Program-made: the position numbers and the translations under genes
Source of the DNA: Macrostomum lignano
Lineage: Eukaryota
NCBI GenBank assembly: GCA_002269645.1
Contig: NIVC01005174.1
Coordinates: forward strand, 1 to 23,664
Reading direction: 5' to 3'
Length of the DNA stretch: 23,664 nt
The notes under the pieces: generated by a model
What the model was told of the DNA's origin: nothing
Databases searched by the model: none
The model's input: only the letters and a program-made list of their open reading frames with translations
Part shown: piece after piece, positions 21,686 through 23,664 of the stretch
Numbering within the stretch: position 1 is the first letter of the stretch
Layout: every line of letters begins with the position of its first letter

Positions 21686-22231
21686 TGCTTAAAATTTCTT
21701 TTTGCGAAGTTTTGAAATTAGTTTGGAGGTAATCACAGTAATTAAGTATCAATTTTTAGCAAGGCAAATTGCAAAACGTTTTTACAATAGGTATATTATT
21801 TGAGTGCATTATTAATAAGCAAGACACGCAAGCGGGAGAGTTAAGTTACAATGCAATCGATACAGTCGCAAGCCGGGATAAAAGACAGGGCCAATATTGA
21901 ATACGTAGCTCTTACGTATATGTGATTTAATTATAATTTAAAATAGGCTGAGAAATTGATACGTTTCTCAGTAATACGAGAAAAAAATTAATATTGGCCT
22001 AGCTGGCAATCTGCAGATTAATACAGTGCGCCAAAGTATTTTATTTACAGTCTAAAGGGTAGTTTGTTATGACTGCTAGACCATGAAGTGTTATTACACA
22101 GCAGGGGTGCAAAAATTGCAAGAATTACTCTCTCCTGCATGCTGTTTAACACAACGCTTCAATATCTACGGGAGATATCATAATGAATATTTCCGATGCA
22201 TTAAACTACGCATAAGAAATTGCCGCATGGT

Positions 22232-22550
22232 CGGAGACTCGAACTGGGGTCTGGGAATCTAGGAGGTCGGAGAATCGAACTCGGGACCTCGGAGGTCTGA
22301 GACTTGAATTGGGGATTTGAGAGGTCTGAGACTCGAACTCGGGACCTCAGAGGTCGGAGACTTGAACTGGGGTATGAGAATGAGAGGTCTGAGACTCGAA
22401 CTCGGAACCTCGGAGGCTTGAGACTTGAACTGGGAATATGAGAGGTTCCAAATGAGACTCGAACTCGGGACCTCAGAGGTTTGAAACTCGAACTCGGGAC
22501 CTCAGAGGTTTGAAACTCGAACTGGGGACCATAAATTCGGAGACTCAAAG
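22232..22550 (-). repeat. ~29-bp minisatellite with alternating A/B unit types, ~10 units, carrying GTTCRAnnC motifs
   Basis: Type A gagactcgaactcgggacctcagaggtct alternates with type B gagacttgaactgggg...gagaggtct. Confidence 0.85.
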
Positions 22551-22722
22551 TGAGGATCTGGGTGTTTAGAGTTCGGCGGCTTCAAGTCAGAGAATCCGAC
22601 CATTGTGACATGAAAAAGGCCCAAATGAAACGAATAACAATTAACCATTTAGTCAGCACATTACAAGCCTGCGAATTCAGCAGCTGGTAGGTAGAATTCC
22701 TACTACCAAATCTCAAAGCGAT

Positions 22723-23239
22723 TCACTGCCATGGCAGGCTTTCCACAGGCGACTGGAACACAAAGTCCGGCGGAACAGCGACTTGGCATGCGAGCGCATG
22801 ATCTTGTAGGCTCCAGCGATCGTGACCTCGGCTACTCCGGCAATGTCGCCGATCTCCTTCTTCTCTTTCTTGGTGTCGGAGGCCTGGCAGGCCATGTAGA
22901 TGGCTGCGGCGGCCACTGAGATGGGGCTCTTGCCAGCCACTTCGTCAATTTGCATGGCCTTCTCGGCGATGTGCGTGGCGGCCTTCTGGATGGCGATGTT
23001 GAGCTCCAGGTTGGAGCAGAATCGGGACATGAAGTCCGTAGTTGAGATGCCCTTCAAGTTGGTGTCCAGGGCTTTGGTGATCTTTCGGAAGGCCTTGCCA
23101 ATGTCGCGGCGGTTCGAATGGCTCACCGAGCAGACCTCCTTGAGGGTGCGCGGCACAGCCTCCTGGCGCAGGCCATGTACAGGCAGGCGCTGGCAATTGT
23201 CTCGTTGGCGCGGCCGCGGCACTGCTTCGAGTCGTACAC
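22723..23239 (-). CDS. GTF2B: General transcription factor IIB, last exon (173 codons once two 1-bp deficits at ~23168 and ~22772 are restored); upstream exons outside the window
   Basis: [36 protein letters not shown]...DFMSRFCSNL...GKSPISVAAAAIYMACQAS...EIGDIAGVAEVTI...LF-PPDFVFQSPVESLPWQ* matches the TFIIB cyclin repeats. Acceptor cccgcag| at 23240. 517 nt + 2 = 519 = 173 codons. Confidence 0.95.
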
Positions 23240-23242
23240 CTG

Positions 23243-23664
23243 CGGGTGGAAGGGCGATTCCTCAGTGGGTGGAAGGGCGATTCCCCAGTGGGAGGAAGGG
23301 CGATTCTCCAGTGGGAGGAAGGGCGATTCTCCAGTGGGTGGAAGGGCGATTCCCCAGTGGGTGGAAGGGCGATTCCACAGTGTGGAAGGGCGATTCTCCA
23401 GTGGGTGGAAGGGCGATTCTCCAGTGGGTGGAAGGGCGATTCTCCAGTGGGTGGAAGGGCGATTCTCCAGTGGGGGAAGGGCGATTCTTCAGTGGGAGGA
23501 AGGGCGATTCTCCAGTGGGTGGAAGGGCGATTCTCCAGTGGGGGGAAGGGCGATTCTTCAGTGGGAGGAAGGGCGATTCTCCAATGGTTGTAAGGGCGAT
23601 TCTCCAGTGGGAGGAAGGGCAATTCTCCAGTGGTTGTAAGGGCGATTCTCCAGTGGGAGGAAGG
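23243..23664 (+). repeat. 23-bp G-rich minisatellite (gggcgattctccagtgggtggaa), at least 18 units, in the TFIIB intron; runs off the window
   Basis: Directly visible tandem array. Confidence 0.97.

Noticed and set aside
22232-22550. CRISPR-like appearance of alternating repeats (also considered for the other arrays)
   Set aside because: There are no unique spacers, the units are homologous to each other, no cas genes are present, and the context is eukaryotic.
22945-23664. Long ORFs over the 23-bp array
   Set aside because: Repeat-derived and inside the TFIIB intron.

Overview
Eukaryotic (animal) genomic DNA with GC-rich exons in AT-rich, repeat-dense intergenic and intronic sequence. The overall style suggests a flatworm such as Macrostomum, but that is inference only. 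Four protein-coding loci are supported: (1) an intronless secreted PAN/apple plus ConA/LamG-like protein (1465-2499, +); (2) a spliced MFSD2-family MFS transporter (exons 8766-9221, 10495-10573, 12775-13894, +; ATG exon uncertain); (3) a secreted F-type lectin (F5/8C/FTP) gene (signal-peptide exon 20307-20267, domain exon 19845-19275, -) with a perfect 150-bp in-frame duplication; (4) the last exon of TFIIB (23239-22723, -). Three of the four genes need single-base insertions to read through (four sites in total). Repeats include three CORE-type tRNA-SINE copies, a decayed RTE-like LINE fragment, a young TA-flanked MITE, two larger degenerate inverted-repeat elements, a ~760-bp (GTCT)n tract and five minisatellite families of 23-29 bp. 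The most striking structure is a 4.47-kb segment carrying the lectin gene that is bounded on both sides by an identical 85-bp block of variant minisatellite units, as if inserted into one array by recombination. No CRISPR, rRNA or intact tRNA gene is supported.
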